A stretch of DNA of 64,000 nucleotides, from the IMG/VR virus record IMGVR_UViG_3300045911_000567, positions 1 to 64,000 of that record. One strand, given 5' to 3'. Of the stretch, positions 25,971 through 35,608 are shown one piece after another. The DNA is from a virus. Below the pieces are notes generated by a model that did no database searches, was not told the origin of the DNA, and saw only the letters and a list, made by a program, of their open reading frames with translations. Every line of letters begins with the position of its first letter. The first letter of the stretch is position 1. The translations under genes and the position numbers were made by a program.

Positions 25971-26722
25971 TTTATTCTTAAACTACTAATATCTATTTGT
26001 ATTATATCACTCTTTGCTGGCTCTGTCGAATTTAATTTGACGCACGTTAAAGCACGACCTTTTGCCGCTCCGGTATCTACATTTATTCTGACCGGCAGGT
26101 TCGATAATACTTCATTCCTTGGAATTGGTGTGTGTGCATGGACGACCAGTTTGCTCCACGGTTTAGTTTTAATGCGAGCGAAAAATGCGTTTCGATTGTC
26201 ATCCGCCCAAATAAGTGTAAATTTTGTCTGTTCTTCTAGGGCTAGGTGAGAATTAACAGCAGCATGAACAAATAATGCTTCTGGTGTATCGTGGTATAAC
26301 TTCAGAGAATTAAGAAAATCATAATGTTCCGGAAAATCTTCTCTAAATCGACTCGCAAAATTTTCTGCATAGTCTTTAAATTCTTTAGTAGAGTTCCAGT
26401 ATCTAAGGATTTCATTCGGATAAAAACTCTGTATAGTGGCATCGCCGCCATTTTGTATGAAGGCACTTCCAAACATGGCACCTTCTATGTTCATATACGA
26501 CATGAACATATCTTCGTGATTTCCTAGAAGGCATATTGTGGTATATGATTTCTTAAAATTTATTAGATGACTAATAACTTCCTTGGAATTTGGTCCTCTA
26601 TCAATGTAGTCTCCTAGAAAAATTACCACATCATCTCTACTTAATTGTTTGCTCAAATGTGCAGTTAATACGTCAAGAGGACGAATCAATCCATGAATAT
26701 CTCCTATAGCATAATAGTTCAT
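25964..26722 (-). CDS. Ser/Thr protein phosphatase (PPP/NinI-like metallophosphoesterase)
   Basis: GDIHG, GDYIDRGP, GNHE, FVHA, HTP, DTGA. Confidence 0.92.
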   Translation of the reverse strand: MNYYAIGDIHGLIRPLDVLTAHLSKQLSRDDVVIFLGDYIDRGPNSKEVISHLINFKKSYTTICLLGNHEDMFMSYMNIEGAMFGSAFIQNGGDATIQSFYPNEILRYWNSTKEFKDYAENFASRFREDFPEHYDFLNSLKLYHDTPEALFVHAAVNSHLALEEQTKFTLIWADDNRNAFFARIKTKPWSKLVVHAHTPIPRNEVLSNLPVRINVDTGAAKGRALTCVKLNSTEPAKSDIIQIDISSLRIKC

Positions 26723-28083
26723 TGGCGTATAATAGATTTTAAATGGGGAGCCACTTTCATGATATACGAATGATCGTAAAATTGTTTCAGTTTATTCAAC
26801 AATTCTCGATCATCTTTGTCTGTTGTTTTGTCTGCCAGTAGATTATCTATATCTCGATATAATTCTCCTAGTGTCGGATGAAAAGCTGGATTAAAAACGC
26901 CGTCAATTGGTTCTGTGATTGTGTCGGTTTTGTCTATTTTTAATTTGCCACCATACCTATATTCTGCATATTCTTTCAACTGCTCAAGATATTTGTCAGG
27001 CTGTTCGTTTATTTTGTGTCTAATATAGAGTTCTATTTCGTGCTTGTCTGCCCTCGACTCCATAGCTTGTCGAGAACGATTCCATATACTATTATTCAGC
27101 GATGTAATTCCATCAAAATCTAATAGATAAATGAATTGTTCAATATCACAATTTTTAGGAGGAAAGAAATTATCTAGGTTTATATCTGATAGATCTTTCA
27201 GTGCGTTTTTTGCAATATCTTTCCACTCATCCAATTGATTGGCGACATTATTGTCTACAAAGAATGGACTAGTTCTTGTATTATACCAAAAGACGCATCT
27301 TTTATCCGGTATCTCGCCTGCATCAATTAATTTTTGATACTCTAATAAATCTATCCATAGAGCTTGGGTCGATTTTTCAACCAATAACACCATAGGCGAC
27401 GTATCGTTATGGCTCTCCTCTTCTCTTTCATAGACACGAAGGAACTTAGGGCGAGTCCTTAAGACCAAAGATTTTCTAGGTTCATAACAATCAAAATCGG
27501 ACCAATTCATATTATAGCGTTTCTTAAATTCTTGCGCCACTTTGATTGTTAGTCGAACATCAAAAGAAGACTCGTGTAATTGTTTTCCTTCTAGTAGACC
27601 CAAACTTTTAGCGACTGATTCGAGTGTCATATTATCATGTTGATGCAATGAATCATAGAAATTGCGATCAATCAATGAGACTTTCTGTGCCATATAAAAG
27701 ACATCACAATAATTTAGGTTTTTATTGAAATAGGGGTTGAGTCCATTCCTAATCATGCTTGTTCTGAGAAAAGGAACATCGAATCTATTTGAATTATACC
27801 CAACCAACACAGTCGGGTGTTTTTCAACTATAGACCAAATATAACTATGAATTCTTTGCAACGAAGATCTTTCATCTTCTGAGGTATTCTGATGTGCGAG
27901 TACATCCACTTTATTTGCTAGAATCGCACGTGGAGTTGGTAGTTGAGTTGGATTTATTTTGATCTTGCCTGATAATTCAGACAAAGCCTTTCCTTCTTCG
28001 TTTGTTTCAATGAAACAATAATTGAGAATTTGTCCTACATATAATAGGTCTGTTGTTTCCAGATCGAAAAAAATGCTTCTCAT
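26719..28083 (-). CDS. DEDDh 3'-5' exonuclease, exonuclease I (SbcB)-like
   Basis: FFDLETT, GYNSNRFD..FLR, LE..A....H.S..DV. Confidence 0.8.
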   Translation of the reverse strand: MRSIFFDLETTDLLYVGQILNYCFIETNEEGKALSELSGKIKINPTQLPTPRAILANKVDVLAHQNTSEDERSSLQRIHSYIWSIVEKHPTVLVGYNSNRFDVPFLRTSMIRNGLNPYFNKNLNYCDVFYMAQKVSLIDRNFYDSLHQHDNMTLESVAKSLGLLEGKQLHESSFDVRLTIKVAQEFKKRYNMNWSDFDCYEPRKSLVLRTRPKFLRVYEREEESHNDTSPMVLLVEKSTQALWIDLLEYQKLIDAGEIPDKRCVFWYNTRTSPFFVDNNVANQLDEWKDIAKNALKDLSDINLDNFFPPKNCDIEQFIYLLDFDGITSLNNSIWNRSRQAMESRADKHEIELYIRHKINEQPDKYLEQLKEYAEYRYGGKLKIDKTDTITEPIDGVFNPAFHPTLGELYRDIDNLLADKTTDKDDRELLNKLKQFYDHSYIMKVAPHLKSIIRQ

Positions 28084-29150
28084 ATGACACGAAGTAGTAT
28101 CGTATCTTTATTGATTCTTCCTGTCAACTTTTTCTCTTTAGTTTTCAGTGCGGGAAGTATTTTCTTGAGTGCCACTTTCCCGGCTTCTAGCACTTGAGGA
28201 AGCACCTCTTCTGGTTTTCGTAATACTTTAACGATGCTTTCTTTTACATCAAAATTTTGAATAGTGGAACCCTTCACGGTAAAGCCGTGATTGTTTGAAC
28301 ATATATAAACTCCTAATGTTTTATATCTCACATTATAAACCCATAACTGTGTCGCTCCAACTATCTTAGATGGCAGCACACTTTTCAGATTCTCGTATTC
28401 CTTGAGATAATAAAGTTTCGCGACTTGAACGCCGGCGGGTTTTTGCTTTCTTGTCTGTGTGCGTTTGGATGCTAATGCTATGGTCTTAGCATCATATAAC
28501 CAAGACTCAGCACTTTTAATTAATTGCTGTAGCGTAGATATGGTGTGTTTAACTCTCTGGCGGGATAAATGTTTGTATGCTTCTGTGAGCTGTTCATCTT
28601 TTTCATTCAGAAGATCGACAAATTCATTTAATTGTTTTTTGTATGTTTTGATGATTGGTGGAATATACTGATGCTTGATATTGTTTTTTCTGAAGAATAA
28701 ATCGAAATCATGCGATTTTCCTGAATCTATAGATTCATCTAATTTTTCGTCGATCTGCGAACAAATTCTATACAATTCATTTTTTATATTTTCTTGAACA
28801 TTCTGCTTCGGAAGCACTTTTGATGTTATAACATTCTCTTTATTTTTCTTCTGGAGTTTTTGTTTTTTAATACGAAGAACCTCTTGTTCGATGCGAGGCA
28901 AAAACCTGTCTCTTAGATCTTCATTTAAGGTTATAATTCTCGATAAAAATCCTATAGTTAATGGAGTCGATCTTAATTCAGCTGCGGTTAAATCTAGTTT
29001 AAATTCTCGCTTGATTAATTCTGCAAGATATTTGTATGCATCTGAGTTTTCTTTATTAGCGTGGTACCACGACAACAGATATATCAGGTCGGAATCTTTT
29101 TTTATTGATGTTGCAGATGGTTCGGAGGGTAGTTTTGCAGTTTTTCTCAT
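28080..29150 (-). CDS. Conserved T4-like hypothetical protein
   Basis: KIVGATQLWVYN..Y.TLGVY..FTVKGSTI..LRKP..GRIN..ILL; early promoter directly upstream. Confidence 0.75.
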   Translation of the reverse strand: MRKTAKLPSEPSATSIKKDSDLIYLLSWYHANKENSDAYKYLAELIKREFKLDLTAAELRSTPLTIGFLSRIITLNEDLRDRFLPRIEQEVLRIKKQKLQKKNKENVITSKVLPKQNVQENIKNELYRICSQIDEKLDESIDSGKSHDFDLFFRKNNIKHQYIPPIIKTYKKQLNEFVDLLNEKDEQLTEAYKHLSRQRVKHTISTLQQLIKSAESWLYDAKTIALASKRTQTRKQKPAGVQVAKLYYLKEYENLKSVLPSKIVGATQLWVYNVRYKTLGVYICSNNHGFTVKGSTIQNFDVKESIVKVLRKPEEVLPQVLEAGKVALKKILPALKTKEKKLTGRINKDTILLRVI

Positions 29151-29155
29151 GACTC

Positions 29156-29185
29156 ATTATATCACATCAATCAATGACTTGTCAA
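29156..29185 (-). promoter_or_regulatory. Sigma70-like early promoter (consensus)
   Basis: TTGACA-N18-TATAAT with extended TG; ATG only 5 nt downstream. Confidence 0.8.
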
Positions 29186-29236
29186 TTCCCTATTTTGCGC
29201 CCAATAATATCAGCTAGTTATATGACGAAAAAAATC

Positions 29237-29821
29237 CTATTGAACGAAGTGATGTTCGTGTATATATTTCGCTATAAAGTATGAATCCACTATATCTGCG
29301 AGAGGACTGGCACCCGCCTTAATGTCGAATATCGCCAATGGATCGAATCCAGTCTGAGAAACAAAAGATTCGAGCATTTTTATCTTATCTGCGCTTCCTT
29401 TTCCACAGGCATATTTTTTTATTACTGTTGGCGGTATTGTGTGAAACGCGCGCCCTGATTTCCATAAATTATACTTTAAAATGCCAGCACATTCGGCTAT
29501 ATGAAAAACTCTGCCTTTCGATCCCATAGAATAATCTTCTATGGCTATCAGTGCATTTTTGTTTATTATTGATTCTGCCCAACAGGATAATTTATCGAAT
29601 CTTTCCATACTAGTTTCGTGAACATCAAATGGTTGTTTATCATATCCAATGAATTGATTGCTGGGGAAAAGACATTTTTTCTTGTCTGTGATATAATAAA
29701 ACTTACAGTTGGAAAAGTGCCAAACTTTTCCTTTATGTATTGTTATTGCCGGAGACGACATAGACCAGTCTATTCCGACCGTTACACTATTCTTCGTCTT
29801 CATCTTGTTCTGAGTCATCAT
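29237..29821 (-). CDS. RuvC-like Holliday junction resolvase
   Basis: VGIDWSMSSP, IAIEDYS, IAE..GILK, PTVIKK..GKGSADK, DIVDSYF. Confidence 0.85.
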   Translation of the reverse strand: MMTQNKMKTKNSVTVGIDWSMSSPAITIHKGKVWHFSNCKFYYITDKKKCLFPSNQFIGYDKQPFDVHETSMERFDKLSCWAESIINKNALIAIEDYSMGSKGRVFHIAECAGILKYNLWKSGRAFHTIPPTVIKKYACGKGSADKIKMLESFVSQTGFDPLAIFDIKAGASPLADIVDSYFIAKYIHEHHFVQ

Positions 29822-29945
29822 GCTCTAAAATATCGGATTCGCCGCAAAATGGACAAACCTCAACATAAAAAGCCGCTGGGTGAGTGATTGTAAAAACAAC
29901 ATCACAATCCACACATTTCAATTTATGTTTTTTTGCTCTCGCCAT
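29787..29945 (-). CDS. Small zinc-ribbon protein with acidic tail (52 aa)
   Basis: Read manually: MARAKKHKLKCVDCDVVF...CPFCGESDILEHDDSEQDEDEE*. Confidence 0.7.
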   Translation of the reverse strand: MARAKKHKLKCVDCDVVFTITHPAAFYVEVCPFCGESDILEHDDSEQDEDEE

Positions 29946-29950
29946 GCTTA

Positions 29951-31855
29951 TTATATATCACATGAGCCTGCTGTACATGCCAATTCATGACTTGCAGCAG
30001 TATTATCTGTGGATTCATATTGTTGAAGTTTACTCCAATCTATGTTCTTGGGCATCTTGTCGCTCAATTCGATATATGTTTTCTCGTCTATTTTCGTGTA
30101 TGGAGCTTGTCTATATATATGTTCCGTGTAAGGAAGAAATGAGACTCCTGCTATCTCGTCAAAATGTTTATATACAAATGCCGCAACCGATAACCACTCA
30201 TCTTCTCTCACATAAACTGTGATGGAAACCATATGTTCAGTCCAGTGTTTTCTGTATAATAGATATAACTCAAGCTGTTCAAGAGCGGATACATCATGCG
30301 CTTTTTTAACATCAAGCGGAGATTTCATCGGAAAGGAAAACACCGTCGTGTGTTCTGGTTTAGTTACATCTGGTTCGTTTGGAAAACCAGCATCTTTCAT
30401 AAAAACACATAAAGGATCTTTATTATCGGATCTAACAGTTCTGATGTAATAATCAGAAAATCTGGGATGAATTCCCGGCGCCGAATTTACCAAAGAAGAA
30501 ACTGTTCCCGAGGGCTTTATACACGTAATCGCAACCGAAGGATTTATATTCAGTTTTTTCGCCCACTTTTTATTTACTGCGATTGCATGTTCTCTTATTT
30601 CCGTTAAGAACGATGCAAGCTCTTTGCTCGGCGTTGACATGAAAACATTATCATAAATTCCTGTAAGAGAAACTCCAAGTAATCTTTCTTCTTCGCAATT
30701 TTTCTGCCAATCTTTAGAAAGGTATCTAAACTCGGTTAGTGTAGATTGAAACGTGCCCAATATTGTTGCTATTTCAACTTTTTGTTTAATTGTCTTTTTT
30801 GTATCTTCTGGTCGAATTACAACTTCACTTAAATTGCAGGTCTCCTTCGATCTCAGACTTATCTCCCCGCAAGGGTTGGTTCCGGCTATTTTATCTGCGT
30901 CTCTTCTGCCAATACTCTTTACGAATTTTTTAAGTCCGTGCAAGTTGAAAATGCCTCTCTCTCCCGACTTAGAATCGTATAATGATTTCCATTCATCCAT
31001 AAAAATTCCCATGTCCGGATGTTCGGTATAACAAGCAGAGTTATTGGCTAATGCTCTCTGTGGATGAATTTCCCACCAGTTTCCTGATTTAGCATGTCTC
31101 ATTCTATCATCTGAAAGATTGGACAGCGATATCAGTGCTGATCGTCGGACTCCGCCTACGACAATCGTATCTGCTACTTTACACACAATATCGTGACACT
31201 CTACACTTTGAAGTTTTCTACCAGATGCTGATTTGAAGGTTTTTATACAAAAATTACACAGGTCAATAAATGGTTCTGGACCTGATGCTCTCCCGCCGAA
31301 AGTCTTTAGTGGGGTTCCCGCCGGTCTGACCTCTGAAACATCTATTTTAGGAATCATGCCCTGATATAGCATACCTATTAATTCCTTCAGAGCTTTTGCC
31401 CATCCAATTCTAGAATCTTTTACTTTGATTGTAGTTTCAGTCTCATAGAAAGTTTCTGCGATCTCGGGCAATTTTGAAACGTATTGACGCTCAACAGAAA
31501 ATCCTACTCCGGTGCCACACGAAAGAATATATAAAATTTCATCAAAAGCTCTAGGCGAATCTATAGCTATAAATGAACAGTTGAAGCCAGACATTTCATC
31601 GCGTTCTAATGCCTTGCCGGCAGTCATCAGGCATCGCATAGAAGGCATGACATCTAATCGTAAAACAGCATTTTCTAATCTGTTTCTTGTCTTATTGTCT
31701 AATTTATACGATGTTCTTTTCTCTAAATGTTTCTCAAAAAAATCAAAATATCTTTTTACTGTTTCCTCCCATGTCTCTCTTCTCTTTTTATCCTCCAACC
31801 ACCGAGAATATCTGCTGAGATGAATGTATGACTGGTATTGTGTGGGTAATGACAT
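29951..31855 (-). CDS. nrdJ: Class II (adenosylcobalamin-dependent) ribonucleotide reductase
   Basis: MPSMR, FNCSF, G.GVGFS, GGVRRSALI, TNPCGEI, IKPSGTVS, C-terminal CxxxxC; no beta subunit adjacent. Confidence 0.9.
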   Translation of the reverse strand: MSLPTQYQSYIHLSRYSRWLEDKKRRETWEETVKRYFDFFEKHLEKRTSYKLDNKTRNRLENAVLRLDVMPSMRCLMTAGKALERDEMSGFNCSFIAIDSPRAFDEILYILSCGTGVGFSVERQYVSKLPEIAETFYETETTIKVKDSRIGWAKALKELIGMLYQGMIPKIDVSEVRPAGTPLKTFGGRASGPEPFIDLCNFCIKTFKSASGRKLQSVECHDIVCKVADTIVVGGVRRSALISLSNLSDDRMRHAKSGNWWEIHPQRALANNSACYTEHPDMGIFMDEWKSLYDSKSGERGIFNLHGLKKFVKSIGRRDADKIAGTNPCGEISLRSKETCNLSEVVIRPEDTKKTIKQKVEIATILGTFQSTLTEFRYLSKDWQKNCEEERLLGVSLTGIYDNVFMSTPSKELASFLTEIREHAIAVNKKWAKKLNINPSVAITCIKPSGTVSSLVNSAPGIHPRFSDYYIRTVRSDNKDPLCVFMKDAGFPNEPDVTKPEHTTVFSFPMKSPLDVKKAHDVSALEQLELYLLYRKHWTEHMVSITVYVREDEWLSVAAFVYKHFDEIAGVSFLPYTEHIYRQAPYTKIDEKTYIELSDKMPKNIDWSKLQQYESTDNTAASHELACTAGSCDI

Positions 31856-31942
31856 TCAGAAGTTCCTTATTATCTCGACTATAACAAAAAAAGAGCAAAC
31901 AGTAAATTCTTTTTGCTCGATCATATTTACATTTTCAAAAAT

Positions 31943-32437
31943 CTAAATGTGCCACTCCTTCGGCGAAGAAGGATCAACAATTACTATATTTGCCTCATCG
32001 GATAATTTTGTTTTAATTGAAACGGGAGAAGTAGTGCCGTTTATGGTTGCATAAAAATATAGTTTCAGAGGGGAACAATTTATCAGATGTCTTTTATTGA
32101 TATTGAGGCGAAAAACTAATCTGGCATATCTATCTTTTATGTGTTTCTGTGATCTGCATGTGGGAAAAAATGTTCCGACTAGATCATTTTTATAATCATA
32201 TATGTTCATGTGTATTTGAGTTCTGCAAATGCCATCTAAAGAAACCAGTAGATAGGGAGTGTTGTTTTTGATTTTCCAGGAATATCCCTTCACGAACATT
32301 TCAGAAAAATTTATTTGTTTTGGCTCATAGTTGAAATATTGATTTCCAACCAACCTCAATCCAACATATTCCCCCGAGTGCGAAGATAAGCCTCTAATCG
32401 TTTCTAATGCGCGGATTATCAACTTTATAACAAACAT
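31943..32437 (-). CDS. Hypothetical protein (paralog of the 20501-21028 domain)
   Basis: YSWK..LLVSL..RYARLVF..PLKLYFYATING..IVIVD. Confidence 0.6.
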   Translation of the reverse strand: MFVIKLIIRALETIRGLSSHSGEYVGLRLVGNQYFNYEPKQINFSEMFVKGYSWKIKNNTPYLLVSLDGICRTQIHMNIYDYKNDLVGTFFPTCRSQKHIKDRYARLVFRLNINKRHLINCSPLKLYFYATINGTTSPVSIKTKLSDEANIVIVDPSSPKEWHI

Positions 32438-33797
32438 TATTAGAGAACCTTAATACTACCTGAAATGGGTATGATAGCGGCGTTTTAGTTGATCTATAGA
32501 TGGGTCTTCCGTCTGTGAAATTTCCACTTCTATTATATGTATCTATAACTCGTCCGCGATGAATAACTCTAATATGTTTGCTTCTTGCAAGATCGCTCGG
32601 AGCAATAACGACTCCGCCCCTATTCGAGAACTCCGACTGCTTTAACAGAAAACCTTTCTTAAATCCATCATTTGGTTTTCTTACAGAAGAACACCCACGC
32701 AATGATATATTCTCCATTTCAGTCCAAATGAATTGAGCTGGAAATCTAACTCCATTTCTTCTAATTCTTATTAGCTCTTGTCTGATTTTAGAATGAATTG
32801 ATCTATATTTTGAGCATTGACGCTTCGTGGGACCAATAAAACCTTTTCTATCTGGATCGAGACAGTTATATTCATCTACCCAAAAATAGGCAGTTTCGCA
32901 CCTATTAGCAAACTCCTCGAAGTATTGTTGTAATGGACGGCCGCTGTTTATCCAATTCTTCGATACGTTTGGCACACCCAACGCTCTGAGTCGTCTATAT
33001 TCTTTTTCCCAGAATGATTTTCTTTCAGGAAACCCTATATCTAATCCATCTGTGTTTACTATACAAGGGGCTTTAACTAATGGAAATAATCCATGATCTT
33101 CTATATAATCTGCTCCAGTTCTGCGCCGATTGATGCTATTTCCTCCCAAAGGATTCCAGATTACTCTACAATTAGGAAACAATTCTCTCGTCCAATTCAC
33201 CAAAATTTTTCCAGATTGCCAGGATAAATTGCTCTCTAATACCGGAGAAATTCTACATTGAGTGTGCGCTGGCAAATGCTTAGCCAAAAATTTTCTAAGA
33301 TTAGCTGTGTATTTGATGAAGTCTCGCTTCAGTTGTACATTATTTCTCGATTTAACTGCGGAATCAAAATCTTTCAGAGATTTGAACCTCCATAAAAATT
33401 CATGATTTTCCAGTCTATTATTTCTTAGTCCTGGGTTATTCATTAAATGAATATCGAGATATTCAACTATATTTTGGTTTAATGTTTTCTTTAAACAGTC
33501 ATATCTTCTATCATAGCTGTCAGATTTCAATTCGGACTCTTTACCAAAAGTATTATAAAGGAATGCAATTTGAATTGGAGTTATGCCTTGAATAGATGAC
33601 AAAAACTCTCTGCATCTAAATCCAGGATGGGCAATGGCAAATGGAGCTACACCGATGTTTGGAAGTGAGTCTTTGCTGTCCAACGCGGTATTTGCATATG
33701 TATATATGTCGGTTTTAATATCTGGTCGATTGACTGCAAAAAAAGCTGCAACCAAAATAAGAACAAATGCTGATATCCATTTAATCATAATTGCCAC
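32394..33797 (-). CDS. Secreted or membrane-anchored Cys-containing protein
   Basis: Signal/TM at N-terminus; C-terminal DGFKKGFLLKQSE..VVIAP..DGRPIYR..PRIRND domain. Confidence 0.7.
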   Translation of the reverse strand: MAIMIKWISAFVLILVAAFFAVNRPDIKTDIYTYANTALDSKDSLPNIGVAPFAIAHPGFRCREFLSSIQGITPIQIAFLYNTFGKESELKSDSYDRRYDCLKKTLNQNIVEYLDIHLMNNPGLRNNRLENHEFLWRFKSLKDFDSAVKSRNNVQLKRDFIKYTANLRKFLAKHLPAHTQCRISPVLESNLSWQSGKILVNWTRELFPNCRVIWNPLGGNSINRRRTGADYIEDHGLFPLVKAPCIVNTDGLDIGFPERKSFWEKEYRRLRALGVPNVSKNWINSGRPLQQYFEEFANRCETAYFWVDEYNCLDPDRKGFIGPTKRQCSKYRSIHSKIRQELIRIRRNGVRFPAQFIWTEMENISLRGCSSVRKPNDGFKKGFLLKQSEFSNRGGVVIAPSDLARSKHIRVIHRGRVIDTYNRSGNFTDGRPIYRSTKTPLSYPFQVVLRFSNNVCYKVDNPRIRND

Positions 33798-33809
33798 ACT
33801 TAATATATA

Positions 33810-34799
33810 TCAAACTTTTGCCCATGACGCCAGACGCAATTTCGCTTCCAATCCTGAATATGTTCGATTTTCGATTTCGGCGAGGATTTCATTCTCTGTA
33901 AGTCCAGACAATATCATATCATTAATATCCTTTGCTTGATTTTTTTCGTTCCATATGCAAATCGAAAATCCATGATCGATTGCCTTTCTCATTAGTGCTA
34001 TGATTTGTTTGTTTCTTGGTTCGTTGTCAAATATGTAAGTTACATTATATTCAGAAAAAATGCTCTTAACTTTTTCTAAATTCGAACCAATTGCAGCAAC
34101 GCAATTGGGTAAAAACAAACTATCTATCGGTCCTTCGACCACGTATATTTTTTTATTAAAATCTATCGTCTCCAGCCCGAAAATCAATTCTTCGTTTGTT
34201 TTATTTTTTACTGTAATATACCTCAAATTACTGTTACCAAGTGCCCTGCCTTGCAATCCTATTAAATTTCCAGAGCGACTAAAAATTGGAAAAACGATTC
34301 TGGGTTCTTTTCTGAGAGAATATTCTTCTTGAAATAAATCCTCTACTAATGCTGCAAAATTTTCTGTATAATATATGCGTTCTTGATTTATTATTTTACG
34401 CGAGTCTAGATATTGTCTGGCTGGATGATTGTCGGTCAAATCGACAATTTTTTTGATTAGAATACTCGATAGTTCAATAGAAGGGGATTCTGTTTTTTCT
34501 GGTTCTGAAGTAGACTGAATGGAATTGTTAGCTCCAAACTTTTCAAAAATATATTCTTTATAGATGTTATGAAAATTGTTTTTCAGAAAAGATGCAAATG
34601 TCGTTCCTACTCCGCAATTATGACACCGATAAAATAATGATTGATTTTTCTCGTATATATAGCCCCTTGCCTTCGTTGAATTAGTTTTGCTATCTCCGCA
34701 AATAGGGCAAGAAAAATTATATAAATGACTTTTCTTTTGTCTGAAATTTCTTACATACGGAGAAATGTAAGAAACATATTTTAAGTCAATATAAAGCAT
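33810..34799 (-). CDS. gp61: DNA primase
   Basis: CPICGDS..KARGY..CHNCG zinc finger; QGRAL; VVEGPIDSLF; DNEPRN; KDINDM. Confidence 0.96.
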   Translation of the reverse strand: MLYIDLKYVSYISPYVRNFRQKKSHLYNFSCPICGDSKTNSTKARGYIYEKNQSLFYRCHNCGVGTTFASFLKNNFHNIYKEYIFEKFGANNSIQSTSEPEKTESPSIELSSILIKKIVDLTDNHPARQYLDSRKIINQERIYYTENFAALVEDLFQEEYSLRKEPRIVFPIFSRSGNLIGLQGRALGNSNLRYITVKNKTNEELIFGLETIDFNKKIYVVEGPIDSLFLPNCVAAIGSNLEKVKSIFSEYNVTYIFDNEPRNKQIIALMRKAIDHGFSICIWNEKNQAKDINDMILSGLTENEILAEIENRTYSGLEAKLRLASWAKV

Positions 34800-34819
34800 C
34801 GATCTAATATATCAGATCT

Positions 34820-35095
34820 TTATGTTTTTACCAAATCGCTAATTTTTTCCTTTAACTCTTCAACCGCAAGTTCAAGATGTATAATTCTTGATAATAAGTC
34901 ATGTTTTTTCAGTGGACGAATTTGAGGCTTATCTACCACTGGCTTTGGTTTTTCTTTCTTTGCTTTTTTCAATTCTTTTGATTTCTCATTAACTCTGCGA
35001 GCTTTTGATAAATCTAAGTGCTGAACAATCTCTTCAGCATTATCGTCAAACTTCTTATCTAATTCTTTAGATGTTAGTTTATTCTTTTTAGGCAT
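34820..35095 (-). CDS. Hypothetical protein
   Basis: ELDKKFDD..I..HLDLSKARRVN N-terminus (antitoxin-like); coiled-coil C-terminus. Confidence 0.6.
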   Translation of the reverse strand: MPKKNKLTSKELDKKFDDNAEEIVQHLDLSKARRVNEKSKELKKAKKEKPKPVVDKPQIRPLKKHDLLSRIIHLELAVEELKEKISDLVKT

Positions 35096-35097
35096 AA

Positions 35098-35448
35098 TTA
35101 TTCTCCATAATGTTCTTTATATGTATCTAGTGATTTTCTAAGAAGAATAATGTGCTGTTTAATCTCTTCGATATTTATCGCAAGATTCTCATAATTTGAA
35201 CTTGTTAATCCAAAAACAACAGGATCTATATTCTTATCTCGTAAACTCTGAAAAACCTGATCTGCATTATCTTCATGTATGACGACAAATGAAACATCCC
35301 TCAGTTTCAACTCAGGAGGGTAGGGCAAATTCAGCGCAAATTTTTTATTACACGGGGGACATGGAAGTTTTGTTGCTGAGCAAGAAGTCATAAGCAACAT
35401 AATGCAAATTGCACTCATGATGTGTTTTATTTTCTTTACAGAATTCAT
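35098..35448 (-). CDS. Outer-membrane spanin (lipoprotein)
   Basis: Lipobox LMTSC, Pro-rich segment, YENLAINIEEIKQHI..Y; downstream of the i-spanin. Confidence 0.75.
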   Translation of the reverse strand: MNSVKKIKHIMSAICIMLLMTSCSATKLPCPPCNKKFALNLPYPPELKLRDVSFVVIHEDNADQVFQSLRDKNIDPVVFGLTSSNYENLAINIEEIKQHIILLRKSLDTYKEHYGE

Positions 35449-35608
35449 TTCTATCCTTCAAGTCATACACTACATTTATCGGTCTAATGATAGGTTCCAT
35501 TATCGTTACTATCATTCTATCTATTTCATGTATTGTCGAACATCCAAACAAACATATTGCTGTTAATATTATGAGCAATCTTTGCCCTTTGAAATATCCT
35601 TGAAACAT
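35348..35608 (-). CDS. Possible additional lipoprotein overlapping both spanin genes
   Basis: RLLIILTAICLFGC lipobox; bridges the i-spanin and o-spanin. Confidence 0.5.
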   Translation of the reverse strand: MFQGYFKGQRLLIILTAICLFGCSTIHEIDRMIVTIMEPIIRPINVVYDLKDRNEFCKENKTHHECNLHYVAYDFLLSNKTSMSPV

